Shown here one piece after another: positions 1 through 12,166 of a stretch of 64,000 nt of DNA. The first letter of the stretch is position 1; every line of letters begins with the position of its first letter. Origin of the DNA: Vitrella brassicaformis CCMP3155 (Eukaryota > Protista > Chromerida); contig CDMY01000973.1 in NCBI GenBank assembly GCA_001179505.1, positions 62,001-126,000 of the forward strand, in the 5' to 3' direction. A model generated the notes under the pieces. It saw only the letters and a list, made by a program, of their open reading frames with translations. It ran no database searches and had not been told where the DNA came from. Made by a program: the position numbers and the translations under genes.

Positions 1-594
1 TACATGGCGTGCAAGCTTGGCTACCCAGCCCAACAGTCTTGGGCACTCAAAAAGGGAACGAACGGATGGATGCGCTCAGCAAGGAAGAAAAAGATCAGAC
101 GAGGGAGGGAGTGCCGTAGGGGAGAGAGAGCGTGTGCTTCCACACAGCAGTTTCTTGCTCTGCACAGGGTGATCGACCGGAATCAACCGACTGACTCGCT
201 CGACAAACAAACCAAACCAACAGACGCTGGCTGGTTGGGTGTCTGCCTGCCTGCATCTTCTCAATGACAGACACACCCGGTCGGCGTGGATGGATGGATG
301 CTCTCTTTACATGGCTGGCTGGCTAGTCTTGCTCGCCTCCTTCCTTCCACCCTAGCTACCTACGTAGCGTCGGTCGCTCTTTTTTCCCACATCCTCTCTC
401 CCCCTCCCTCCCAACCCGATGGATGAGTGGGTGGGTCATCGGGGGGTGGGGTGAGCTTCGCATGATGGATGATGGCATTTTTGACCGGGGGGATGGGATG
501 GGATGGGTGGATGCAGTGTGATGTGATGGACGCAGAGAGCCTGTAGGATCGGAGAGAGGAAGGAAAGAATGCAGAAAGCGAAGCGTGTGATGAG

Positions 595-658
595 TGAATT
601 GACAGAGGATTATGGCAAAAAGACGCATGAATTGACAGAGGATTATGGCAAAAAGACG
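595..658. repeat. Perfect tandem duplication, 31-nt unit TGAATTGACAGAGGATTATGGCAAAAAGACG x2, period 33
   Basis: Units read directly at 595-625 and 628-658. Confidence 0.9.
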
Positions 659-1092
659 ATCGATCAAGCTACGGTCAAACTAGACGTTCTGAAATACTCA
701 TCTCTGTGTCTGTCTCATCAGCTGATGAATGGAGGCATTGTCGCCTCCCTCGGCACACCGACAGCATCACCCGCACCCCCTCTTTATAAACAGCACGAAC
801 CGACACAACAGGCAAAAAGCGCTAAACAACACACACACAGAGACACCATCGGAGTACACTACCCCGACCCACTCCCACGGCACCCTACTAATCGCTCACC
901 GTACCAGACACCCGCACAATAAAAAGGCCCACAGGAATGAGGGTGCCATTGACACAACAAGGCACCAGCAATGAGTGCGATAAATCCGTCCATCCATGCG
1001 ATCAGAAGCCAGCCAAGGAAAAAGAGGAGTCTACAGCCACCCCACCCCAGCAGCCAGTCAGCTGCTGTGCACCCTCCCTCCCCTCCTCCCCC

Positions 1093-4079
1093 TCACCAGA
1101 CCTGGCACTCCTCCCCTCTTGCCTGTCGATTGACCACCGAGTCCGCCGGGCAGTCGAAGGCATCAGAAAACTCCACCAGGTTGGACACCGGACCCAGCGA
1201 GCGGAAGCGACCTGGCGAGTGCACGGCAGTGCCCAGCCGACTGATGACACACGCACAATACAACACACACCATCACAACACCTGCCAGCGGCCAGGTAGG
1301 TGCTCACCTTTTGGCGACCTTCGGTCGGACGATTTCGCACCAGTTCTGTCCCCAGGCCACCCAGAAGAGCTGCTCGACTGTGAGGTCTGACCCGTCGAGT
1401 GGGCGTGTTTGCAGGTCCTCCTCTGAGAGCGTCTTCCGGAGGGCCCTGCGGGCCAGCTTGACGCCGCCTGCAGAGGAAAAGGGAGGGACAGACGCGAGCT
1501 ATGCACCAAATGAATGCAATCACGGCATGGCAGGTTGACGCACCCACCCAGGTCAGCAACATTCTCGCCCAAGGTGAGCCGGCCGTTCATTTTGATGTCC
1601 TCCGTCTCCCCTGGGAGGTCTTCGGGGGTGAGGACGACGTATTCCGAGAACTGGTCGGCCACACACGTGGTGGCGGCCTCGAACTTGGTCTTGCTCTGGT
1701 CGCTCCACCAGTTGCGCAGCTTGGCGTCTGCGTCGTACTGCGCCCCTTGGTCGTCGAACCCATGTGTCAGCTGCAAGGCGCACACACACACACAGGGAAG
1801 CGAGCACATTCATGCCGGGATGGATGGATGGATGGATGGATGTGCGCGCTTGACCTCGTGGCCCATCACACCGCCAAGGCCGCCATAGTTCAATGCCTGC
1901 GACACACAAACAGAGATGCTCATCATATGCACACCCACACCCACACACATGCACAGCAGACCTTACCTTCTTTGCGAGGACTTCGTTCCGTGGGTCGTCT
2001 GGGTTGAACGAGTGGAAGTTTGGCTTCTGGAGGATGCCGGCCAGGAAGACCATTTCGTTGTAGTAGGGGCTGTAATAGGCATTTTGCTCGATGGGCGTGA
2101 CGTCCCACACCTCACGGTCGACAGCACGGCCGTAGAACGATGCCAAGTAGTTGAGCTGGCCGACAGACAACACGCACACGCAGACACACATGCCGTCCGT
2201 CGACACAGAAGTGCGTGTGTGCGTGCGTGTTGGGTGGACGGCTGACCCCTCTTCTGGCGAGGTAGAAGGAGGCGTTGAAGAGCTGTCCGTCGAGCTCCCT
2301 GGCGGCGTCCTCGGGGCCGTACAGCTTGGTGAGCTTTGTCTTGTAGTCGTCGGACAGCACCCACTCGGGATACGCAATCTTGTCCGTCATCTTCTCTAAC
2401 TTCTCGTACGCCACAGACCTACATGAACACACACACAGACGAACGGCCTGTCATTCGCTCTCTCTCTGTCTCTCTCTCTGTTGCTGTTGTTGTGTTGGCT
2501 CCCTGACTTGGTGGTGTCGCTCATCCAGGTGCTCTCATCCAGTGTGTCGTTGAAGGCGGCCTTGATGTTTGCGAGCATCTCCTCCGCCACAGCCTTGGCC
2601 TGTGGGTCGAAGTCAGTCAATATGGTCCGCGTCACCACCTGAGTGAACCACCCACGCAACAGACAGACAGATAGCAATTGCATGCGCGGCTCCCTGGCTG
2701 GCTAGCCTCTCCGCCCACCCACGCACGCACTCTCTCTCTCTCTCTCTCTCACCCAGTCCATGACAGCTCTCGATCCCGACTGACATTCGTCCCACCGCTG
2801 CTTGGGCTCCACGCCGTACACGTCACGACGAAAGGTGTACCATAGGTCAGCCCACTCACGCGTCAGGTAAGCACCCGCTCTGCACGCAAAGAGAGAGAGG
2901 ACATCATTTGACGGCCTTCTTCGTCTGTGTGCGAGCGTGTTGTGTTGGTGTCTTGGTCTTACGCGTTGAAGAGCTGTGACTGGAAGTAGGAAAGCAGCGC
3001 TTTGTCATCCCATTTCTCGGTGAGCAGCGTGTTCAGCTTGCGGAAGTAGTCCCGGTTGTGGATGACGATCTCGGTGTCATTCGTTATGGGGATCCCGTTC
3101 AGGTCGATCTCAGACTCTACACACAGCACGTGACACATCCATCCATCCAGCGGCCAATCAACATGCCCGTCTCGCCTCTTATTCATGCGTACCATAGACC
3201 TCAAAGAACCGGTCCCAGTCAAAATTCGGTGCCAGCTGCTTCATCTCTCCCAGGGTGACCGGCAGGGTGGTCTTGACCACATCGCGCTGCTCCTCCGGGC
3301 TCAGGAAGATGCCCTGCAGGTCCTTCTCGATGGCCAAAGACGCCTCGGCGCTCTCTGCAGGCGAGAGGCGGCCGGATGAGACGCCCCGCAGCGATGGTGA
3401 GGGTAGGGCGTCCTGGAACAGCTGCTGCGCGCCATTGAGGAAGGCCACGTAAGCTTCGGTGGTCTTGTTCTCGTTGTACTGTGTTTGAACCAACAGACGA
3501 AGAGCACGAACAGACGCATCATCATTCTGGTGCGTTTCCTTATCTGCCTTTCTCCCCTGTCCTGCGCACCTGAGTGTAGTCGAGGTTCAAGCCGCTCTGC
3601 AGGAGAGAAAAGGGGCGAGCAGTGTTTGTGTGTGTCCGGCCGGGATGGATGGAGGGGGAGTTGTCTGTCTGTCTCGTTAATTCACCTGGTACAGCTGTAT
3701 GACTGTGGTGTTCTCCGGCGTGATCGGATTCTGCTCAAAACTCAGACTGAGGAGCGACCGGATGCCGTTGGCCTGCAACTTGCCCAGCATCTCAGCAGCC
3801 ACTGAGCCCCGCTCTAATGTAACAGAAACGCACAGAAAGACAGACAACCATACACCCCATCGATAGGCACTTCGTGAGCAGACGGGGTCGGTGGGTACGG
3901 GTCGGTCACGTACGTACCTTTGGGCGTCATGTCGTCCCACCCCTCGATGGACGGCTGCAGCACGAAGGGCAGCGAATCCTGCAGAAAGTCGATCATCGGC
4001 TTGGTCCCCAGCTCGTCCTGCCGGTCACGATTCATGCACGCCTGCCCAGCCAAACATGCCACACCACACCCATCGTCTC

Positions 4080-4112
<33 letters not shown>

Positions 4113-4809
4113 ACTTGGAAGTAGCAGAAGAGGAGTGCCTCCCATCCGTCCTTTGGGGCTCTGGTGCGGTTCTCCTGGTCGGGCAGCGCCTCACAGATGC
4201 CGCTCTCCAACACTTCGAGAATCATGTACCTGTAAGGTGCAACACACACACACACACAGGCACAGGCAGGCACGTCAGATCGGCAGATCGGCAGATCTGG
4301 TTGCTCGCGCCACTTGACTCATTCACCATTCACCTCGTGTCGTTGTAGAGGTTATCGAACGACTTGGTCCAGCTGCCCTCTTCTGCGGGCAGCTCAAAGC
4401 TCTCCTTCCACGAACCACACGCAAAGGAGTCAGGGTCCTGAAGTGACGCAGCACTCACACAGAGAACGGCGCCCTCTGTGCCCGCCCGTTCGCGATCCTC
4501 ATCCATCTCTTCTCACGTAGCATGGGTCTGCAGAGAGGTCCATAGAGCTGAGGACGCCCTCTGTGAGGGGTGACAGCGGGGAGCCATTGACCTCTTCTGC
4601 CTCGCCATTGGTCGGGGGATCTCCTGACGTGACCTGCTAACCTCACACCACACACGGAAGCAGGCACACACCACACACATCCACCGATGGATGGATGAAT
4701 GCACACAGGCCGGCCGGCATCATGTTTCCGGGGATCTCTTCACCTGTGAGATTCCACGCTGCAAGATGACGCCGGCAAGCAAACACAAAAAGAGCTCACG
4801 AACAGCCAT
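1093..4809 (-). CDS. Secreted peptidase family M13 (neprilysin/endothelin-converting-enzyme-like) zinc metallopeptidase, multi-exon
   Basis: Spliced exons give signal peptide MAVRELFLCLLAGVILQRGISQ, MDLSADPC..SFACGSW, NAYYSPYYNEMVFLAGILQ, GGLGGVMGHE|LTHGFDDQG (HExxH split by an intron), ENVADLGG, LFWVAWGQNWC, HSPGRFR and terminal CQVW* (stop at 1093-1095). Confidence 0.93.
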
Positions 4810-5308
4810 GTGTGTCAGGGGGAAGAACTTGAAGGCAGAGAACTTGAAGACCCTCGAGATTCTGTCTGATGCAAGGCAGCATGTATGCAAGACACACAAG
4901 ACAGCTCTCCTTGTCCAGCCAGTCTCAGATCTTCCGCCTGGGGAAGGGGTTTCTCCCTCTGGGCTAGGGCTGAGGGCGCACAACAGTTTTCAAACAGCGT
5001 ACCAGTCTAGTCTGGCGCCCTGGCGCCCCTTGTGTTTTAGCGGAAAGGTGAGATCGGTGAAGGCTCCGAATGCCCAGGCACGAGCTCTTGTTCCTTCTGA
5101 TCCAGCAGCCGTTAGGGTCGAGGATGCGGCGTCCGATGCGCTGAGAATAGTGGGTAAGTGGCGGACACGCCGGCTCCTCAACGAGTATCGCAAGGACTGC
5201 CTGCTGTAGTGAAACCAGCACCTGTCGCCTCTGTCCGGGAAGGAAGCATTTACAGCGGAAGGAGAAGGGCAGGACGGCATTTTTCCTCGGCTGGGTGGCT
5301 GACGGGTG
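4810..5308. promoter_or_regulatory. Putative bidirectional promoter between the M13 peptidase and the PAN/apple gene
   Basis: Start codons diverge about 500 bp apart; no motif identified. Confidence 0.35.
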
Positions 5309-7704
5309 ATGGGGCTGCGGTTTCTGTGGGGCTGTGTTGGTGTTTTGTCATTGTACGTCACTCGTGTGGCGGGCCTTACATTTGACGTGTCGAGGCTGAA
5401 CGTCACGAAAGACCCCGAAACATGGGGCGTAGAGAGAGGTTCGTTCAAACACAACACACCACACCACGAGCGCAAAACACCTCTCCTGTGTGTCTGCCCT
5501 GCCTGTGTGTTTGTGTTTGTCGATCGCTCGTTCATTCAGAGTATGTATGCGCCGACTGGTGGCTTGATCATCAGTTTGATGACAGCCATGACCTCACTGT
5601 GAGGCCCTACACCAACCTCCCCACGGCCAAGGCTTGTCAGGAGGCCTGCAAGCTCGTCAAGGAATGCAAGTACTTCACGTGGCGACCACCAGACGTGCCG
5701 GAGGTTTTCGATGCGCCATCGGGCAACTGCATGCTCAAGGGTGGCCGCACGAGCGGGTACAAGGTGTCCAGGGGGGCCGTGAGCGGCGATGAGTCATGTG
5801 GGGATCTCATGGATATCACCGACGTAAGGGGCGACGGCATGCGGCTCTTCAATAAGACTCATAAGGAAGGTAAAACGGACCATCTCGTACAAACAGGGAG
5901 GGACACGCTCATATCATTCTGTGTGTCGATGGCTGCTGCAGGTCTGACCAAGTCGATATCTGGGTTTCTGTACGTCCCCCTGGACAAGTCAGGCCGCGTG
6001 ACGGCCGGCCAGTCGCCCTCTGCCAGCTTCGTGGAGCTGCCCAGGTCCCACCACATGATCGTCGACCCCAACACCACCGCCCACTTCACTCTCGCAGCCA
6101 TGCTCACCAACAGCACCGACGCAGCCGTGCCCCCAAGGTCCGGCGTCGTCCGCTACACGCTTCTGGACATCACCACCGACACCAAGAAGGTGCTTGTTGT
6201 CGACACCCTTTACCCCTGGACATTCACCGACGGCGTCGCCGAGGCGCCCGCCAGGCAAGAGGACTTCGAGGCCTGTCAGAACAAGAGCCTGGCCATGGGG
6301 GGCAAGCACGAGCAGTACGCCGACTACCGCTGCCGGACCTACGCGAGCGCCCTCCGCGATCTCGACCAGAAGTGGGCGCGCATCGGTCTGGCGTGGGGCG
6401 ACACCATTGTGCGCGAGAGGCGGCTAGCTCTTCGGGCTGAGTACATTCCCAAGGGTTCTGAGGGCGCCACGGGGCCCCCTGCGTTGGTCTATTTTGACTT
6501 GAGGGAGGGGAGTATGGTGCAGCCATATGAGGAGCTGGGGGCGGACTCGGAGGAGGGCATGTGCCCCGTGGCTTTCCCTGACTGGCTCAGGCGGCAGTGT
6601 GCGGGGGCGTCGGGCACCAAGAGTGACTGCCACGTGAGCTGAGCAAGTGGAGTTGAAACATGCTCATGAGGAGAGTCCACCTTTGTGGGTGTTGCTGTCT
6701 TGTGCTGTGTAGGCCACGTGTTGCTTTGGCGAGAGGGAGCCCGAGCGTGGCCACAGGGACGAATTCGACGCATCACTCAACTGCTACTATCCAGGTGGGT
6801 GTCCCTTACACACGAACACACACGCACACACACACTTCCCCCATCCCCGTTAACCCTCTTTGTGTCGTCTCAGTCTGCAGCGCCATGCAGCGACGCATGA
6901 ATCGGTGTCCAAACTGGGTGGAAAAGCGGGGTTTCCACGACAAGCCCCTCGAGCTGAGATGCCCCCCAGTGGCCTCCAACACCAGCAGCAGCAACACCAC
7001 CGCCTCCAAGACATCGGCCGTGACGTCTGTGCGGGTCAACACGCGCGGCACGACGCTTGAGCTGTCGGGCGAGGGGCGGGCGCGATCGCTGCAGCGTGGC
7101 CAGCAAGGGGATGACAGGCGGCCGCTCGTGGGCTACACCACCAGGGCGTGCGGGGCCGAACTCAGCTTCTTCCACCGAAGTCAGTGAGAAAGACACATAG
7201 CGACGTTACACATGACAAAAGGGATGGATGAGAGGTGTCTTCTTCTCTGTTTATGCGTGTGTGTCGATGGATGGATGGATGGAGCAGAGACAAGCCAGGC
7301 ATACATAAGGGTAGAGGTGCCGGGCGAGGAGGGTCACTTGCGTGAGATCGCTATGACGGCGACGCCCACGGACGCCACGCTCGACACGATGCTCGGCCTG
7401 GCGCCCTCTTGCTGCGGCGACGAGGGCTGCTTCGCATTCGCACACGCACGTACGCCAATCGCCATGCACACACACACACACACACATACAGAGAGAGAGA
7501 GAGAGAGAGGAATGAGGACAAAGGCTCCATTTTGCTGCCTGTCTGTGCGTGTGTGTGTCAGGTACTGTGTACGAGGGTGACTTGGTGTCTCCGCGTGTGG
7601 TGACGATTCGCACGAGCGTGCTGCCGGGGACGTACTTTGCCGTCCTGGGCAGCTGGGACGAGACGGCAGGCATCGCCGACCTCTCACTGTCATGTAGCCC
7701 ATGA
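5309..7704 (+). CDS. Secreted PAN/apple-domain protein with a long Cys-containing C-terminal region, multi-exon
   Basis: Signal-like MGLRFLWGCVGVLSLYVTRVAG; apple/PAN Cys pattern C..TAKACQEACKLVKECKYFTW..GNCMLK..GAVSG..C in ORF 5422-6642; later exons end LSLSCSP* at 7704; 72-nt stopless in-frame intron at 5870-5941. Confidence 0.8.
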
Positions 7705-8907
7705 TGACTTGATGGGGATGTGTTGATCATGTGTATGTAATTAAACAATGGAAAGACGGACGGACGGAGTGAGGGACAGACGGACGGAGGGAGGAAGTCA
7801 GGCCAGGAGGAGGGAGTAGGAGGAATATTTATGTATTTGATGTCTGTGCATAGCATAGTTGGTGCGGTCCCTGCCCGTGTAGGCGGGATCACCTGGTGGG
7901 GCAGGGGGAGGGATTCGCAACGTGCATCATGTGCCGGTTTTGTGTACGGCCCGGACAGATGGACGGTGATCCGAGCGAGCGACGGATCCTGGGTGTCGTT
8001 TTCTGCACATGCTTGCCCCCCTAGCTGCCTGCCTCCCTCTCCTGCACACAGACAGACAGACAGACAGCCAGTCGGATGGACAGTCAGACGGGCAGGAAGG
8101 AAATCGGCAAGTGTTTGTATGTATGTATTCTCTATCGATCGATCGTGCATATGTACACGTCCACGTGTACGTACGATAGATGTAAGTACGTTTTCCCGCA
8201 TTGCGTACTTCCATTCTTCTATCCACACAATGATGCGTATCTGAGAACCCCCTCTGCCATTCTCCCCCCCCCCCTCCCGCCTTTCATCTCCCTTCTCCCT
8301 TCTCCTCCGTCTCTGTCTCTCTCTGTCGATGCAGTGCGGGGCAGGCGCATCCTATCTATCGTGGGGGGTGGGGTGCCGTGAAAAATGCACGGGAATCGCT
8401 GCTGGATGGCTAACTCACTCACTCGCACAGACACACATACAGGGGATGAATGAATGGATGGATGGATGGAAGGTGTGTGTGTGTGAGTTTGTGTGAGTGT
8501 GTGTACGAGTGTCAGTGATGGACAGATAGCATTCAGTGGCGTTGCAATGGCTCATGTGTGACGTGATGTGACGTTTTCACTGGCGCTCACTAGCTGTGGT
8601 TGATTGATATGTCCACTCACTCACATCGCAAAAAGTCCGCCGATCCTTGACGTACAAACACCAGACACCACCTGTTGTGAGGGAGAAAAAACCTTCTCTC
8701 ACGCTCTCCTTCCGTCCGTCCCTTCGATTGCACACGTCCACGCCGCTCACACAAAGGCACACGCACAGGCACCACACGCACCAACACACAGCACCGATCG
8801 ATAAATACGTCAGTCAACACATCAACGTGCACAGAGCCGCCCCCCCACCCAGCAACGCCAAAAACAAAAAACCTGCCTCAGCCCCTCCACACCCACACAC
8901 AGATTGG

Positions 8908-10772
8908 CTACGACCCCTGCTCTCTGCCCCAGACATAGCCGAACGCCGTGGAAGCATACCGGAACACATCCACCTGGGCAAACAGCGACGCATCATCGGC
9001 GGCCGCCAGGTCCGCCTGCTTGGCCGCTGCGCCATGCGGGTGCGCGTGTGCCCTCCCGTCGATGCTGCCGCTGCTGCCATGGCCGTGGTCGGTGGCCACG
9101 TAGGCCTCCACTCGCTTCGCGAGAGCTGTGCCGATATCCTCATCACTGCACTCACACGCGCACACACGCGCACAGGGAGGTGCCGAAGAGCGTTGCATCC
9201 GACACAAATTGCTGCATTTCGTCTGACCTTTCGTCATCCAATGGCTGCCTGCCTCGGCTGGCCGAGTGGTTGTGGCCATGTGCTGGTGGGTTGGCGGGCT
9301 CCTCTGGTACGTGGAACCAGCGGTAGAGGCCGTATACGATGGTGACTGAGGCTACCATGGACGCCACCACCCGGGCGACGCCGTGAAGCAGACCCTGAAG
9401 CATAGCATACAAGCCTTGTTTCGTGTGGCACATGCACTTGTGAAGGCGGTGTGTATACCCACCTGGACGAGTGGCGTGAGGACGAAGAGCAACACACGGA
9501 TGATGGCCAGAGGGCTGCACACACAACACAACACATCACGACACGACAGTTGGTCCCTCTCGTCCATCAATCGCCTCTCTCCTCCTTTGTCTCCCTCCGT
9601 TCTCACATCATGATGGCGTATCTAATGAACACAAATATGGGCCTCTGCGGCATCCACTCCTCGCCATCGAAGCGAGCCATCGCGGCCTCCCTGCACCACC
9701 CAGCACACACACACGCAAGCTCTGCGTGGGTTGGATAGGTCGCTTTGTCGTGTGTGGCTTACAGGTCTGGAACGCGATGGGGAAACTCGGTGGCGATGAT
9801 GGCCGACAGGGCATTCATTCGCCGCGCATGGTCCCTCTGAGCCATCCAGTTCTACAAGCAGCACACAGACAGACAGGCGCCTGTCTGTCGTCAATCTCTG
9901 TGCACCCACCTATCCCGCCCGCCAGGCTCACCTGCGTCACGATGCCAACAAAAGCGAATACCACTATGGCAATCGTCATGGCCCACAGACACTCCCTGAC
10001 CGTCACGCCGCCGTGGCAATGGCCGTGCCCCTTGCCCCACTCCACCACAGCAGTGCCGGGGCCGGCCGTGGGGCTGTTGGGGTCGTGCACCTTCGTCCAG
10101 TCGTCATCCTGGTGGTCGGTGCTGCTGTTCATTAAAAGCCGTGGGCGCGCTGCTGCCGCTGCTGCTGCTGCTTGTGGTGAGGCGTCTGTGGGCATGCTTC
10201 GGCTCGACCTGGCACGCAGGCGGTCAAGCAGAGCTGTGGATACACAACACAACACAACATCAACGCATGTTGTGTGAACGCGGATGTCTGTTTTGCGTGT
10301 CGTTTGTCGTCTCACCATCGGCGTGTCGGAGCGCTGCCACAGTGCCAGAGGGGACCACCTCCAGCCCTCCCACAGCATCACGGTGGCCATCACCACTGCC
10401 TCCATCCTGTCCCTCCTGCTCCTGTTGCTCGTCCCGCTGTTGCTGCTGCGGTTCGTCGTCATCGTCCTGTTCATCCGACTCGGCCTCCCAAAACGACGTC
10501 TGCTTAGATGGCTGTCCCTGCGCCGACACGTACCCCTCCGAGTCGCCCACCTCGCTCCCACGCACCACGTTCTTGCCTTGCTGCTGCTTCTTGGCCCTGA
10601 CAGGCGGCAGAGGCGCCCGTCCGATGACCTTGTGCGGCGGGATGCGGCATACCACCTTGCCACGTCGGCCTTCGTCGTAATGCAGGTTGCCGCTGTGCGT
10701 GGCGGGAGGGTGCTGGTGACGGGGAGAGCGACGCAGGGGAGGGGGGGACGGACGCTGGGGGCTCTCAGCCAT
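8908..10772 (-). CDS. Hypothetical membrane protein: disordered N-terminus plus several hydrophobic helices, multi-exon
   Basis: Linked exons MAESPQRP..., CLWAMTIAIVVFAFVGIVTQ, IIRVLLFVLTPLVQVGIH, LHGVARVVASMVASVTIVYGLY, ending GREQGS*; no family recognised. Confidence 0.6.
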
Positions 10773-10891
10773 CGAAAATCCCTATGCTCCTCAAGCGCAA
10801 GCTTGCCTCGGCAGAAAGGTTACACGACATTTTTAGGGCGACGGACGCCGCTGTTGGGCATCGCAGTATCCCCGCATCCATCTATACCACC

Positions 10892-11499
10892 ATGTCGGTG
10901 GAGCAGTGCGAGCAGCTGCACAAGGACTACACGGCCTGCCTCAGCAAGAGCGGACGAGATCCATCCAAGTGCCGGGAGCTGGAGACGAAGGTCCGCACCT
11001 GCAGCAGAACGTGAGCAGAGAAACAACGGCTGTTGAACAAACCAGCTTTGCCCACCCTTGACTGCCTGTGTTGTCTGTCTGTCTGTCTGTCTGGTGCAGT
11101 TTGGGTTTGAATTTCTGCATCGATGAGGGTCTGAATCTGCTGTTCTGCGCCGCCCGTCCCGGCCCCGATGTGTGTGCCAAGGAGTTCATCCTTATGCGCG
11201 AGTGCAACAGACCTGGCGGGCCTGAGATCCTCCTTCAGGTACCTGCCACACACACATGTGGTGCAGGAGGGCAGCCAGGAGAGTCTGATGGTACTGTGTG
11301 TGTTGCTCTGTCTGTCTGTCAGGGTGACTCGATGGTTGTGTCGAAGGACAAGCAGCCCTACTACGTGTCGAGTGATCTGGGCAGCATTTCGCCGCCGCCC
11401 CGGCTGAACGTCAAGGGCATGCAGGACAAGTGCGACGAGATACGGCAGTCCATCGGCCTCCCGAAAGAGGCTGAGGCTTTCAGGCCAAAGCTGCGGTGA
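10892..11499 (+). CDS. ATPTG9: Mitochondrial ATP synthase-associated CHCH (twin CX9C) protein, Toxoplasma ATPTG9-like; 3 exons
   Basis: MSVEQCEQLHKDYTACLSKSGRDPSKCRELETKVRTC..FCIDEGLNLLFC..CAKEFILMRECNRPGGP closely resembles the T. gondii ATPTG9 sequence as I recall it (CEQLH..YCIDEG.NL..CAKEF..MRECNRP.GP). Recalled, not searched. Confidence 0.75.
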
Positions 11500-12166
11500 T
11501 ACTGAGCGATTTCCTACTCAATGAATGAATGATGCAATGGTGCATCATGTGTGTTGGCGAATGGCATGGCTTTTTGGAAGAGGGCGTGCATCGGTGTGTC
11601 GTTGTCACGGGAGTCCATCACTTGGTCGTCTCGTGGATGTCGAGTTTGTGTTGCTGACCATCGGGTTTGGCCTGCAGCCCTGTCTCGGGATGCCAGCAGA
11701 AGGTCAAGTAGTGGACCGACCGATGGACGAATTGAGTCAGGAGCCTGTGCGTGCATCTGTATTGGTTAAACAGTTGACCTTATCAACGAATGGATACACG
11801 GGTGGATGAAGAAGGGATAAAACATCCGTCAGTCAGTCAGTCAGTCAGCACTAGGGTGGGTAAATAAAGGACACACTACGCCTGCAGACATCTAAGCATT
11901 CACACACTCGATGATTGACGGACGCTCGGCACCACCACAACACCTTTGGCAAAACAGGCACCTGCGTATGGCACTCAGGGAGGCATCCACGCAACGCGAC
12001 AAAGACACTGACTGAAAACCACACCCGTCTTATTGTGTCCGCAGGAGCACTACACGGCATGGCCATCATCGATGGATGATAATGAAAAAAGACAGTTAAA
12101 CTCTTCCTTGGCAAACAAACAAATGACGCCAAGCAAAATCACGTCTGCTGTCTGTCTGTCTGTGTG

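Noticed and set aside
595-658. 33-bp-period direct repeat as a possible CRISPR or regulatory array
   Set aside because: Only two units with a 2-nt gap, no spacers and no cas genes; a simple local duplication in a eukaryote.
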